A stretch of DNA of 43,706 nt from a virus (Duplodnaviria; Caudoviricetes). The notes under the pieces are model-generated. The model was not told the origin of the DNA. It saw only the letters and a program-made list of their open reading frames with translations, and searched no databases. Positions 1-7,659 of the stretch are shown here, in pieces. The translations under genes were made by a program, and so were the position numbers. The stretch is taken from positions 1 through 43,706 of the IMG/VR virus record IMGVR_UViG_3300049792_000050. One strand, given 5' to 3'. Position 1 is the stretch's first letter, and each line of letters opens with the position of its first letter.

Positions 1-126
1 CTGCGCTCGAGGCGCGCATCGCCGCCAGCGTCGAGCAGGCGAAGGCGAACGACCCGAATGTGCTGAAAAGCCGCTTATCGACTCTCGAGAAGGAGCTCGC
101 GGCCGCGCGCGCCGCGAAGCCGCCGG
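1..126 (+). repeat. Terminal direct repeat, left copy (circular-assembly overlap)
   Basis: CTGCGCTCGAGG...AAGCCGCCGG at 1-126 is identical to 43575-43700. Confidence 0.95.
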
Positions 127-845
127 TGCCGGCACCGGAGCGCGTCGAGGTCCCGGTCCTGCGCGACGCTCAGATCGAACGCCTGGGCACTCTGGTCGAG
201 CAGCTCAGCGTGCGCGCCAAGGCGATCGAGAGCACCGCGGGCGAGCTGCGCTCCGCCATCGACCGCGTCAAGCATTCGGATCAGTTAAAGGAAAATCGCA
301 AGTTCGTTAGTTCCGCTCCCGAGCCGCGCCCGGCGCCGCCGGCGCCGCGGCCGCGGGTCAATGGCGCGGACCCTCATCCCGAGCTCGGCAAGGGTGGACT
401 GCGCCGGATGCTCGTGGCGCTCGCGCAGCGGCCGCGCGGCCTCTCGACCAGCCAGATTGGGATCCGGGCCCAGCTCTCGAGCTCGAGCGGCTCATTCGAC
501 ACCTATCTCTCTCGCGGGCGCAAGGCCGGCTGGATCGCGGGCGATCGTTCCTGCCTGACCATCACCCAGTCCGGTCTAGACGCCCTGGGCGAATACGAGG
601 CGCTCCCCACGGGGGAGGATCTCCTGCGTTACTGGATCGGCGAGTTCGGCTCCAGCGGCGCCGCGCGGATGCTTCAGGTGCTGGCCGAGGCTTATCCCGA
701 AACCCTGACGCGCGCGGAGCTCGGGGAGCGCGCCAACCTCAGCGGGAGCAGCGGCAGCTTCGACACCTATCTCAGCCGGCTGCGGCGCCTCGAGCTCGTC
801 GAGGGTAAATCGGATCTGCGGGCGAGCGAGGAGCTGTTCTCGTGA
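1..845 (+). CDS. C-terminal part of HerA/DUF87-like P-loop ATPase (coiled coil plus two tandem winged-helix-like repeats); continues from 42695 across the junction
   Basis: The frame of ORF 60..845 matches the frame from ATG 42695 through the overlap. The motif SSGSFDTYLSR occurs twice. Confidence 0.85.
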   Translation, partial: ALEARIAASVEQAKANDPNVLKSRLSTLEKELAAARAAKPPVPAPERVEVPVLRDAQIERLGTLVEQLSVRAKAIESTAGELRSAIDRVKHSDQLKENRKFVSSAPEPRPAPPAPRPRVNGADPHPELGKGGLRRMLVALAQRPRGLSTSQIGIRAQLSSSSGSFDTYLSRGRKAGWIAGDRSCLTITQSGLDALGEYEALPTGEDLLRYWIGEFGSSGAARMLQVLAEAYPETLTRAELGERANLSGSSGSFDTYLSRLRRLELVEGKSDLRASEELFS

Positions 846-1030
846 CCGACGAGGCCCTGGGCGTCTATCACGTCGTTCTTGAGGTGGATGGTACGCGCAT
901 GACGCGCTGCCCCTATACGACGGTCAGGGAACGCGCCGTCCACGGAGAGCTCGCAGGGTTCATCCCGCTCAATCGCTCGCGCTCGCGGTGCCCGCGGTGC
1001 GAGACCCGGCTCATGGAGCCGGCGTCGTGA
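842..1030 (+). CDS. Small hypothetical protein with CxxC (possible zinc ribbon)
   Basis: GTGA overlap with the upstream stop; 62 aa; CPRC motif. Confidence 0.6.
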   Translation: MTDEALGVYHVVLEVDGTRMTRCPYTTVRERAVHGELAGFIPLNRSRSRCPRCETRLMEPAS

Positions 1031-1176
1031 CCTCCGAGCGCACGTCGCTCTGGGCGTGGCGCGGCGCCGGCGCGGCGGCCCTGCTCCTGATCTGGATGCT
1101 CCTGGTCCAGCCGTTCGCGGCCGCGGTGTTTCGGGAGATCTCAGCGGAGTTCTCCACCGAGGATCGAGAGCCATGA
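1027..1176 (+). CDS. Small single-TM membrane protein (49 aa)
   Basis: GTGA/ATGA couplings on both sides; hydrophobic stretch AAALLLIWMLLVQPFAAAVF. Confidence 0.55.
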   Translation: MTSERTSLWAWRGAGAAALLLIWMLLVQPFAAAVFREISAEFSTEDREP

Positions 1177-1367
1177 GCGCGCACCTCGAGGATGACGAGC
1201 CGCTCTACGATCCAGACGACATGATGAAGCTGCTCAAGCTCAACACCAAGAAGCACCTCTACAAGCTGATTGAGCGCGGTCAAGCGCCCCCTTCCATCCG
1301 GATCGGCCGATCCGTAAGATTCGTCCCTCGCGACTACCGGGAGTGGCTGGAGAGCCGGAAAGGCTAA
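1173..1367 (+). CDS. xis: Excisionase / AlpA-like HTH recombination directionality factor
   Basis: 64 aa, MMKLLKLNTKKHLYKLIERGQAPPSIRIGRSVRF...WLE, typical of AlpA/Xis; directly upstream of the integrase. Confidence 0.8.
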   Translation: MSAHLEDDEPLYDPDDMMKLLKLNTKKHLYKLIERGQAPPSIRIGRSVRFVPRDYREWLESRKG

Positions 1368-1369
1368 CC

Positions 1370-2485
1370 ATGTCCAAACTCCCGAAAGGCATGATCAAGA
1401 AGCACAACTCCTACTACTCGAGGATCCGCGAGACGAAAGGAGGTCGACGGGGCGAGTCGACCGTCGCGCTCGGCGGCGACTACGGACTCGCGCTCGCGAA
1501 ACATCGCCAGCTCGAGCGCCGGCGGGAAGAGTGGCGCGGCCAGCCAACCGTGCGCGACTTCTCGAAAATCTGGCTCGCCGACTACGTGAGGTCGATGCGC
1601 ACCGGGAAGGGGCCGGCGCTCGCAGCGCAGCGTCTCAACGACTACGTGCTCCCTGTTCTTGGCGACATGGCCGTTCCCGAGGTGACCGAGGCGCACGGCA
1701 TGAAGCTGAGGGCGATGCTCGAGCGGCCGCACAAGCGTGCGCTGCCGAACGGGAAGGTGATCGAGACGGAGCTCTCCTCGCTCAGCGTTCGGCACGTTCT
1801 ATCGGACGCCCGCTGCCTGTTCGGGTTCGCGATCGCGGCGCGGCTGATCGACCGGAACCCGATCGTCGGCCGGGTCTTCCCCCGCATCCAGGAGGAGATC
1901 CCGGATCCGCTCTCGGATATCGAGCTCGGCCGCGTGCTGCAGGTGGTGCCGGAGCAGTACGAGCTGCTGGTCGGGCTCGCGCTGTGGACGGGGCTCAGAT
2001 ACAGCGAACTCCGCGGCCTCGCCTGGGAGAGGATCGAGCTCGCAGGCGATCCGCATCTGCTGGTCGTTCGATCGGGGCACGCGGAGTGGACGAAGAGCCG
2101 GCGCGCGCGCCGGGTTCCGGCGCTCCCCGAGGCCGTTCGCATCCTCGAGCACGCGCCGCGGACGTCGCCCTGGGTGTTCACCGGCAGGTTCGGCGAGATG
2201 ATCAGCGAGAAGCCAGGGCCATTCAACCGGGTGATCGCCGAGGACGTGCCCGGCTACCACTTCCACCGCCTGCGCCACACCTTCGCGAGCCGCTTCATTA
2301 GAGCGGGCGGGCAGCTTCCGATCCTCCAGCGAATCCTCGGCCACTCGTCGATCCGGACGACCGAGCGATACGTTCGGCTCTTCGACTCCGAGGTGTCCGC
2401 GCAGACGCGCGCGCTGCCCGCGGGATGGATGCCGGACATCGTGCTGGGGGAAGGAAGGGGGAAAATCGGGGGAAGCTCGATCTAG
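1370..2485 (+). CDS. int: Tyrosine recombinase (phage integrase)
   Basis: Catalytic residues in order: TGLRYSE (R), TKS (K), HRLRH (HxxR), LGH, TERY (Y). ATG lies 2 nt after the xis stop. Confidence 0.95.
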   Translation: MSKLPKGMIKKHNSYYSRIRETKGGRRGESTVALGGDYGLALAKHRQLERRREEWRGQPTVRDFSKIWLADYVRSMRTGKGPALAAQRLNDYVLPVLGDMAVPEVTEAHGMKLRAMLERPHKRALPNGKVIETELSSLSVRHVLSDARCLFGFAIAARLIDRNPIVGRVFPRIQEEIPDPLSDIELGRVLQVVPEQYELLVGLALWTGLRYSELRGLAWERIELAGDPHLLVVRSGHAEWTKSRRARRVPALPEAVRILEHAPRTSPWVFTGRFGEMISEKPGPFNRVIAEDVPGYHFHRLRHTFASRFIRAGGQLPILQRILGHSSIRTTERYVRLFDSEVSAQTRALPAGWMPDIVLGEGRGKIGGSSI

Positions 2486-2500
2486 GGCTCGATCTCTCGT

Positions 2501-2530
2501 TTGACGCAACGCGCTTCAATCCCGTAACTT
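2501..2530 (+). promoter_or_regulatory. Putative sigma70-type promoter for the tRNA-Cys 5' half
   Basis: TTGACG (2501-2506), 18 nt spacer, TAACTT (2525-2530), ending 10 nt before the first tRNA base. Confidence 0.55.
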
Positions 2531-2540
2531 GCAGACGCGA

Positions 2541-2584
2541 GGCGGCATAGCCAAGTGGCTAAGGCGACGGTCTGCAAAACCGTT
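2541..2584 (+). tRNA. 5' fragment of tRNA-Cys(GCA), serving as attP core; not a complete tRNA
   Basis: GGCGGCA-TA-GCCAAGTGGCTAAGGC (D arm)-G-ACGGT-CTGCAAA-ACCGT (anticodon arm, GCA). No T arm or 3' acceptor strand (TGCCGCC) follows. Confidence 0.88.
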
Positions 2585-2977
2585 CGGAGTCTCAACCATC
2601 GATCAGCCACAACCGGTGTCGCGACAACACAATTCGCGCCCGCTGGCGAAGTTAGCCGGCGGGCGCGAGTGGTTTGGACGTACTCACTGGCGACAATCTA
2701 TCCCCGTTGTCCCCAGCTTTCGGGGGAAGGTTCGGGGGAAGGTTGCGCGCCATGCGCGGCGTCCGCTACCATCCTCGCGTGCCGCGCCGCTGGTCCGCTC
2801 ACGCGGGCCGGCTCGTTGTGTCCAGGGCCCCTCTGAGGTCCTCCCGCACGCGCGCCGGTTGTCACCCCGCGGCCGGCACGATTCCATTGGCACCCGCCCT
2901 CTTGGCCGCCCCTTTTGCCGTCTGCTCCGGGCCTCAGACCACACCGACCCGTCCCCCGGATTGGGAGCACCATAGCC

Positions 2978-3295
2978 ATGCCTCAGGACGCTGCCAGTGC
3001 CCGAAAGTCGCTGCGCTCCTCCCGCCCCCCGTCGCACCTGGTTCGAACGATACGTGGCCGCCTCGAGGCCCTGGGGTGGCTCGTGGTGGTTTCCACGGCC
3101 GAGGGGCCATTCGAACTCATCGCATTGCCGTCCCGGCGAAGCCAGGAGGTGGTCGAAATCACGGCAGCTGCGCCGACCTGGCTGGGCGTCTCGCTGGGCG
3201 GCTGGGACGCCAGGCAGGAGATTCGCGACCTCGCCCTGGCCCATGGGGGAAGGGCATGCTTCGCGAGCGGCAACGGTAGTCAGCTTGAAAGCTAA
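2978..3295 (+). CDS. Hypothetical protein, weakly like Hjc-type PD-(D/E)XK resolvases (probably degenerate)
   Basis: GGAG upstream of ATG. LEALGWLVVVSTAEGPFELIAL resembles the Hjc N-terminal pattern, but no ExK is visible. Confidence 0.45.
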   Translation: MPQDAASARKSLRSSRPPSHLVRTIRGRLEALGWLVVVSTAEGPFELIALPSRRSQEVVEITAAAPTWLGVSLGGWDARQEIRDLALAHGGRACFASGNGSQLES

Positions 3296-3314
3296 GCCAT
3301 GTGTGGTTTAAGAT
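3285..3314 (+). promoter_or_regulatory. Putative promoter for the lipoprotein gene
   Basis: TTGAAA-N18-TAAGAT in a locally AT-rich stretch, followed by a GGAGGA RBS. Confidence 0.4.
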
Positions 3315-3342
3315 AGATCCCCGTTTCTAACTCGGAGGAACT

Positions 3343-3834
3343 ATGCGGCTTCTGGCATGCATCATTCTTGCAATTGCGGTCTCAGGCTGCGCGACGGCCG
3401 GGCGGCGTCCGGTCGGCAGAATGGCAACGTTCAATTTCTCGGAGTACTCGCCGTACGCGAGGGAGGGTACGGGCGTGCTCACCGGCCAGGCATTTCTGCG
3501 CACGCGTGGCGGCGATGTGAAGTATGCCGCCGGTCGCGAGGTAACCCTCAACCCGGTAACGGCATACTCGACCGAGTGGTACAACCGCGGCGTGATCGCG
3601 GGCAAGAATCTGGAAGAGGCCGACGCTCGCGCGACTCCGTATAACCGAGTATGCACCGCGGATGGCGAGGGCAGATTTCGATTCGAGAAGCTCCCGACGG
3701 GAGACTATTACGTGGTCTCGAGCGTCTTCTGGGAGATCCCCGGTGCGTGGGGGCTTCGGAGAACGGGTGGGAACGTATACGCGCAGGTGCACGTCACTGA
3801 GGGTCAGACGAACGAGCTCATCCTGACCCAGTAG
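3343..3834 (+). CDS. Lipoprotein with carboxypeptidase-regulatory-like (transthyretin/prealbumin-fold) domain
   Basis: Signal MRLLACIILAIAVSG|C with lipobox; ADGEGRFRFEKLPTGDYYV pattern; GGAGGA RBS; convergent with terL. Confidence 0.75.
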   Translation: MRLLACIILAIAVSGCATAGRRPVGRMATFNFSEYSPYAREGTGVLTGQAFLRTRGGDVKYAAGREVTLNPVTAYSTEWYNRGVIAGKNLEEADARATPYNRVCTADGEGRFRFEKLPTGDYYVVSSVFWEIPGAWGLRRTGGNVYAQVHVTEGQTNELILTQ

Positions 3835-3841
3835 TCGGCGG

Positions 3842-5788
3842 CTACTTCTTCCAGTTGTTGACCCACCCACCGCGCGGCCGCGGCCGCGGCGCCGGCGGCC
3901 GCGCGGCCTCCTCGAGCGCCCCGGCGACCTCGGGCGCGTCGCCGGCGTCGCCGGCCGGCGTCGCCGCGGCCGCGGCGAACCGGTCCGCGCGAGCCTTGAG
4001 CCCCTTGATCAGCGTCTGCCCGAGGATGTGGAGCGCGGCCAGCGCATAGACCTCGCAGTCGAGCGCCTCGTTCCGCTCGCGCTTCTTGACCCACGTACGG
4101 ATCGAGCCCTTGCCCTTCACGTATTTCCGGATCGCGGTCTCGGCCGTGAGCTGGGCTGCGTACTCGGGATCGACCCAGCTCGGGAAATGCATGTAGCCCG
4201 GCCCCTTGTCCTTGATCCGGAGCCGCGCGTAGATCACCTCCTTGCAGGTGTCGGGGCTCACGGTGAAGAGCGGCAGACGGTAGCGATTGCCGAACGTGGG
4301 CTTGGAGACGATCTCGGTGCCGTGGGCGGATCCGCCGCGGACCGCGAACACGCGGCGGGCCCGGCGCGCGTAGCAGAACTGGTAGGCCTGGTTGGTTTCG
4401 AAGTTGGTGTCGACGCCCACGCACTCGATCTTCATGGTCTGGCCGCTCTCATGGGCGAACGTGTTCTTGAGGAACCGGTCGAGCTCGTACCAGGCGTCCG
4501 GCTGCCCGGTGTCGCGCTTCTCCCCGTAGAACTGCTGGTGCGCGATCAGCCAGCTCTCCTCGCCGGCGCCGTAGCCCTTGACCACGCACTCGATGCGGTC
4601 CGCCTGGACGTCGACGCCGGCGATCAGGATGCCGACGCCCGTGGGGACCTCGCCGCCGTAGGCCTCCGCGCGGCCCATCACCGACTCGGGCTCGACGTTC
4701 GACCCGGTTTCTTCCCAGGTCTCGCCGAGGCGCGTGTTGACGAACGTCTTGAGCTGGTAGGTGTCCTCCTTCGACGCGAGGAACATCGCGACGAGCTCGG
4801 GCCACGACTCCCATCCCAGCGGCGAGTACAGCGCCGACAGGTGAAAGCCGATCGTCCTCGGCTCCTGGGAGACCGCGGTCGGCTCCCACATCCCCTCGGC
4901 GAGCATCTTCGTCTTGTGGTGCTCCTCGATCAGCTCGCTGCAGCCCGAGCACTTGAGCCGCGCCGTGAACGGATCCCGGTTCTCGAACACGATGTAGTGG
5001 TGGCGCCCCTCCTTGCCGTACCAGCCGCCGGCGCTCCACTGGATCCAGTCGAGCGTTCCGCAGTATGGGCAGGGAACCACATAGCGTCGTTGGTCCGTCT
5101 GGAGGTAGGCCTTCTCGATCCGCGACACGTTCCGCACGGTCGGGCTCGAGCACATGAAGATCTTGCGATCGGGGAACGTCGACGTCCGCGCCTCGGCCAG
5201 GGAGACCGGGTCACCCTCGGTTCCGACCTCGGCCGGGTAGCGGTCGGGCTCATCCAGGAACAGGTTCTTGATCGGCATCGAGCTGAGGCCTGCCGCCGAA
5301 TTCGCTCCGGTCATCAGGAGGATCCCGCCCTCGAAGTCCTTCGCGAACGTCGTGTTTCCCGAGTCGCGCGATCGCGCGGACTTCACGCGCGAGGTGAGCC
5401 GCGGCGAGACGTTGATCATGGGCGTGATGCGCTGTTTGCTCACGCGGCGCGCGATGTCGACAGTGGGCAGCACCATCAGCATCGGGCCAGGCGCGACATC
5501 GATCGTGTGCCCGACCCAGTTGTTGCCGCACTCGGTGGCGCCGATCTGGGTGCCCTTCTGGAGCACGATCCGCTCGTAGGGGCTGCCGGGCGTCAGTGCA
5601 TCCATGATCTCGCGCAGGTAGGGCGTGCGATCGGTGCGCCAGGGGCCGCGGCTCGAGGACGACTTACTCGAGAGGATCCGGTGGAGATCGGCCCACTGGC
5701 TCACCGTGAGCTTGGGATCGGGGCGGATCCCGGCTGCCCAGGCCTCGCGAACGATCCGCCTGGCGTCGGCGAGCTCGAGCTCACCCAT
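3842..5788 (-). CDS. terL: Terminase large subunit, lambda gpA family
   Basis: LTVSQWAD, WRTDRTPYLREIMD, Walker A-like KGTQIGATE, Walker B LFLDEPD, SSPT, CPYCG, FVNTRLGETW, GVDVQ, RNEALDC. Confidence 0.95.
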   Translation of the reverse strand: MGELELADARRIVREAWAAGIRPDPKLTVSQWADLHRILSSKSSSSRGPWRTDRTPYLREIMDALTPGSPYERIVLQKGTQIGATECGNNWVGHTIDVAPGPMLMVLPTVDIARRVSKQRITPMINVSPRLTSRVKSARSRDSGNTTFAKDFEGGILLMTGANSAAGLSSMPIKNLFLDEPDRYPAEVGTEGDPVSLAEARTSTFPDRKIFMCSSPTVRNVSRIEKAYLQTDQRRYVVPCPYCGTLDWIQWSAGGWYGKEGRHHYIVFENRDPFTARLKCSGCSELIEEHHKTKMLAEGMWEPTAVSQEPRTIGFHLSALYSPLGWESWPELVAMFLASKEDTYQLKTFVNTRLGETWEETGSNVEPESVMGRAEAYGGEVPTGVGILIAGVDVQADRIECVVKGYGAGEESWLIAHQQFYGEKRDTGQPDAWYELDRFLKNTFAHESGQTMKIECVGVDTNFETNQAYQFCYARRARRVFAVRGGSAHGTEIVSKPTFGNRYRLPLFTVSPDTCKEVIYARLRIKDKGPGYMHFPSWVDPEYAAQLTAETAIRKYVKGKGSIRTWVKKRERNEALDCEVYALAALHILGQTLIKGLKARADRFAAAAATPAGDAGDAPEVAGALEEAARPPAPRPRPRGGWVNNWKK

Positions 5789-6344
5789 CGGGCTGCTCGA
5801 GCTGAGCGGCCACGCGGGCGCAGAGCTTCTCGATCGCGTCGGCGAGGAGGGCGCGGCACTCAGCCTCGCTCGAAAGCGGGGCGAGCAGAGGGGCGAGTTG
5901 CGGGATCTCCTCGAGGGCGTCGCGCAGCTCGCGCGCGACCTCGAACTGCGCCTTGCGCACCCCGTCGCGCGCGACCAGGTTGCCGATTCGCTCCTCGAGG
6001 TCGAGCTTGGCGAGCTCGGCGTTGGTTTCCTCGCGGCGCGCGCGCTGGAAGTTGAACGTGTCCTTGCGCGCGCGCGGCCTGCGGCCGGAATCCGGCGATG
6101 CCACCTTAGGCGTTACACCGTTACTTTTGCCGTTCCCCACCGCGGGCGGGGCCGCCGCGGCCGCGGCGGCCTCGGGCAGGAGCCTCAGTTGCGAGCGATC
6201 GGTGTTCTCCCACCACTCCTGGTCGGCGGTCGAGAGCTCGACCTTGCCGTCGACCGCAGTGATCCGTCCCATCGCGATCGCCTTGTTGACGGCCTGACGG
6301 CTGATGCCGCGCCGGCGCGCGTACTCCGCCTGGGTCACGAGCAT
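5781..6344 (-). CDS. terS: Terminase small subunit (Nu1-like)
   Basis: N-terminal HTH QAEYARRRGISRQAVNKAI; ARARREETNAELAKLDLEERIGNLV coiled coil; overlaps the terL start. Confidence 0.85.
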   Translation of the reverse strand: MLVTQAEYARRRGISRQAVNKAIAMGRITAVDGKVELSTADQEWWENTDRSQLRLLPEAAAAAAAPPAVGNGKSNGVTPKVASPDSGRRPRARKDTFNFQRARREETNAELAKLDLEERIGNLVARDGVRKAQFEVARELRDALEEIPQLAPLLAPLSSEAECRALLADAIEKLCARVAAQLEQPDG

Positions 6345-6410
6345 CGCGCCTCGCAATTGCTAATACCGGATGATCCGCCGCGCGCTAGCAGCAGGCGATC
6401 GCATCGCGCC

Positions 6411-6535
6411 GTCAACCGCGATGACAGAACTGCGCACGTAAGGACAGTCAACTCGCGTCAACCCCGATCCAATCGGCCACGCTAGAGAAAAGCCGCGGGC
6501 CGCCGGCACCCGCTCCTAACCCTCTGGGAGGACCC
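6411..6535 (-). other. Lambda-like cos packaging site (cosQ, cosN, putative terminase-binding repeats)
   Basis: Minus strand reads GGGTCCT (lambda cosQ heptamer), 15 nt, GCGGG-N9-CCCGC, then GGCTTTTCTCTA (lambda: GGGTTTTCGCTA). GTCAAC at 6411, 6447 and 6457. Lies just upstream of terS. Confidence 0.7.
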
Positions 6536-6578
6536 AAATTACATGGATACATTCGATGCGCATCAGGATTGATCGGCA

Positions 6579-7289
6579 TCAGGACTCGCCTGCGTGACGT
6601 GCCAGCGTGGATGCGATCTGCTCGTCCAAAAATTTCGGAAACCATCGACGCGCTGTCGCGCTCGCAACGTCCACGAAGGCCAGCTTCTTCGGGAGCGCCT
6701 CTCCCGCGACGAACGCGTAGAGGAGCTGACTGGCCGCATGACCCTTGCGTTGGAACACACCTATGCCAGGGATGAGGTATGTGTCCTGCGCGCCAAACCT
6801 CACCGCCTCACCCTTCGACTTCTTCGTACGACGGCGCCGCTTGCCGGGCTCTGCTGGCTCTACGCCCTTCGGGCGCGTCAACGTGAAGTGGAGCTGCGTG
6901 AACTGGAGCGCCTTGGGCACGGGCTGGCTAAAGACGGGCCGAGCCGCATGGCCGATGATGGGCACGGCGACGCGCTTGCCCTTAAAGGGCTTCCTCTCAC
7001 CACCGATCTCGAATTGTGACAGCAGCAGCCGATCCTTCTGACCGACCGCGATCTCGGCATAGGGGATCGCCTTGCCGACGCTCGCGAAGGGCTTGATGAT
7101 CGCGGCCTGGCGGAGCACGAACTCCTTCTTCCTGACCGTGAAGTCCTCGAGCACGCGCGCCTTCTCTGCCTCCTGGATCTTGAGCGCAGTGCTGTTGATC
7201 GCGTTGACCACGGCGAACGCCATCCGCTTTTCGGCGTTCCGCATGCGCGACAGGAGCCGCGTGTTGTCGATGTTGACGTTGATCCTCAC
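6579..7289 (-). CDS. Putative neck/tail-completion protein (gpZ-like)
   Basis: Basic 236-aa protein with AFAVVNAINSTA pattern of gpZ-like minor tail proteins; coupled to the upstream gene by GTGA. Confidence 0.55.
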   Translation of the reverse strand: MRINVNIDNTRLLSRMRNAEKRMAFAVVNAINSTALKIQEAEKARVLEDFTVRKKEFVLRQAAIIKPFASVGKAIPYAEIAVGQKDRLLLSQFEIGGERKPFKGKRVAVPIIGHAARPVFSQPVPKALQFTQLHFTLTRPKGVEPAEPGKRRRRTKKSKGEAVRFGAQDTYLIPGIGVFQRKGHAASQLLYAFVAGEALPKKLAFVDVASATARRWFPKFLDEQIASTLARHAGES

Positions 7290-7579
7290 GTGCGGCCCGG
7301 CTCGATGCGTGAGGGGATCGCGAACGGGCCCGACACCACCTTGAGCTCCTTGCGGTGATCGTAGATCTGCTGGATCGAGATCCGGCCCGACGACAGGTAG
7401 ACGAGTTTGAGCGCGATCGAGGTGCGCACGTACACCCGGCCGGAAAGCCAGCAGTGGACGGTGGCGGGATGGATCGGTTCGCCGGCGGCGTGGAGATCCT
7501 TGACCAGGGCGCGAACGCCATAGTCGGATACCCAGCGGCCGAACGTGGTCTTCCAGTATGAGGGATTACGGCGTGGCAA
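7286..7579 (-). CDS. Small Cro-like HTH DNA-binding protein
   Basis: GGAGGAG RBS before TTG; VRALVKDLHAAGEPIHPATVHCWLSGR HTH-like pattern. Confidence 0.55.
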   Translation of the reverse strand: MPRRNPSYWKTTFGRWVSDYGVRALVKDLHAAGEPIHPATVHCWLSGRVYVRTSIALKLVYLSSGRISIQQIYDHRKELKVVSGPFAIPSRIEPGRT

Positions 7580-7659
7580 CTGGACTCCTCCCGCGGGGGC
7601 TCAGAGGTGCGGCAGGCAGGTCCGGGTGGATAGTACTACGGCGCGCGCGCGCGCGCCAG

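Larger units (their letters stand above)
2446..2742 (+). other. attP region: GGGGGAA(G/A) arm-type repeats flanking a tRNA-derived core
   Basis: GGGGGAA three times at 2446-2475 and TTCGGGGGAAGG twice in tandem at 2719-2742, on either side of the tRNA fragment, just downstream of int. Confidence 0.75.

Noticed and set aside
1-126. 126-bp terminal repeat as a biological direct terminal repeat
   Set aside because: It lies mid-gene, is about the size of an assembler k-mer overlap, and a cos-like site exists elsewhere, so it is best read as a circularisation overlap.
2541-2620. Complete functional tRNA-Cys gene
   Set aside because: No T arm and no 3' acceptor strand after the anticodon stem; I found no 3' half elsewhere by eye.
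2833-2938. Long-range stem (TCTGAGGTCC / GGGCCTCAGA) suggesting an ncRNA downstream of attP
   Set aside because: One modest stem in very GC-rich DNA with no terminator or recognisable motif; insufficient support.
4028-6055. 675-aa plus-strand ORF, and similar long ORFs such as 14106-15764, 16072-18024, 22014-23612, 27207-28940 and 29564-31333
   Set aside because: Antisense shadows of well-supported genes; Arg/Ala/Gly-rich without motifs, as expected in high-GC coding DNA.
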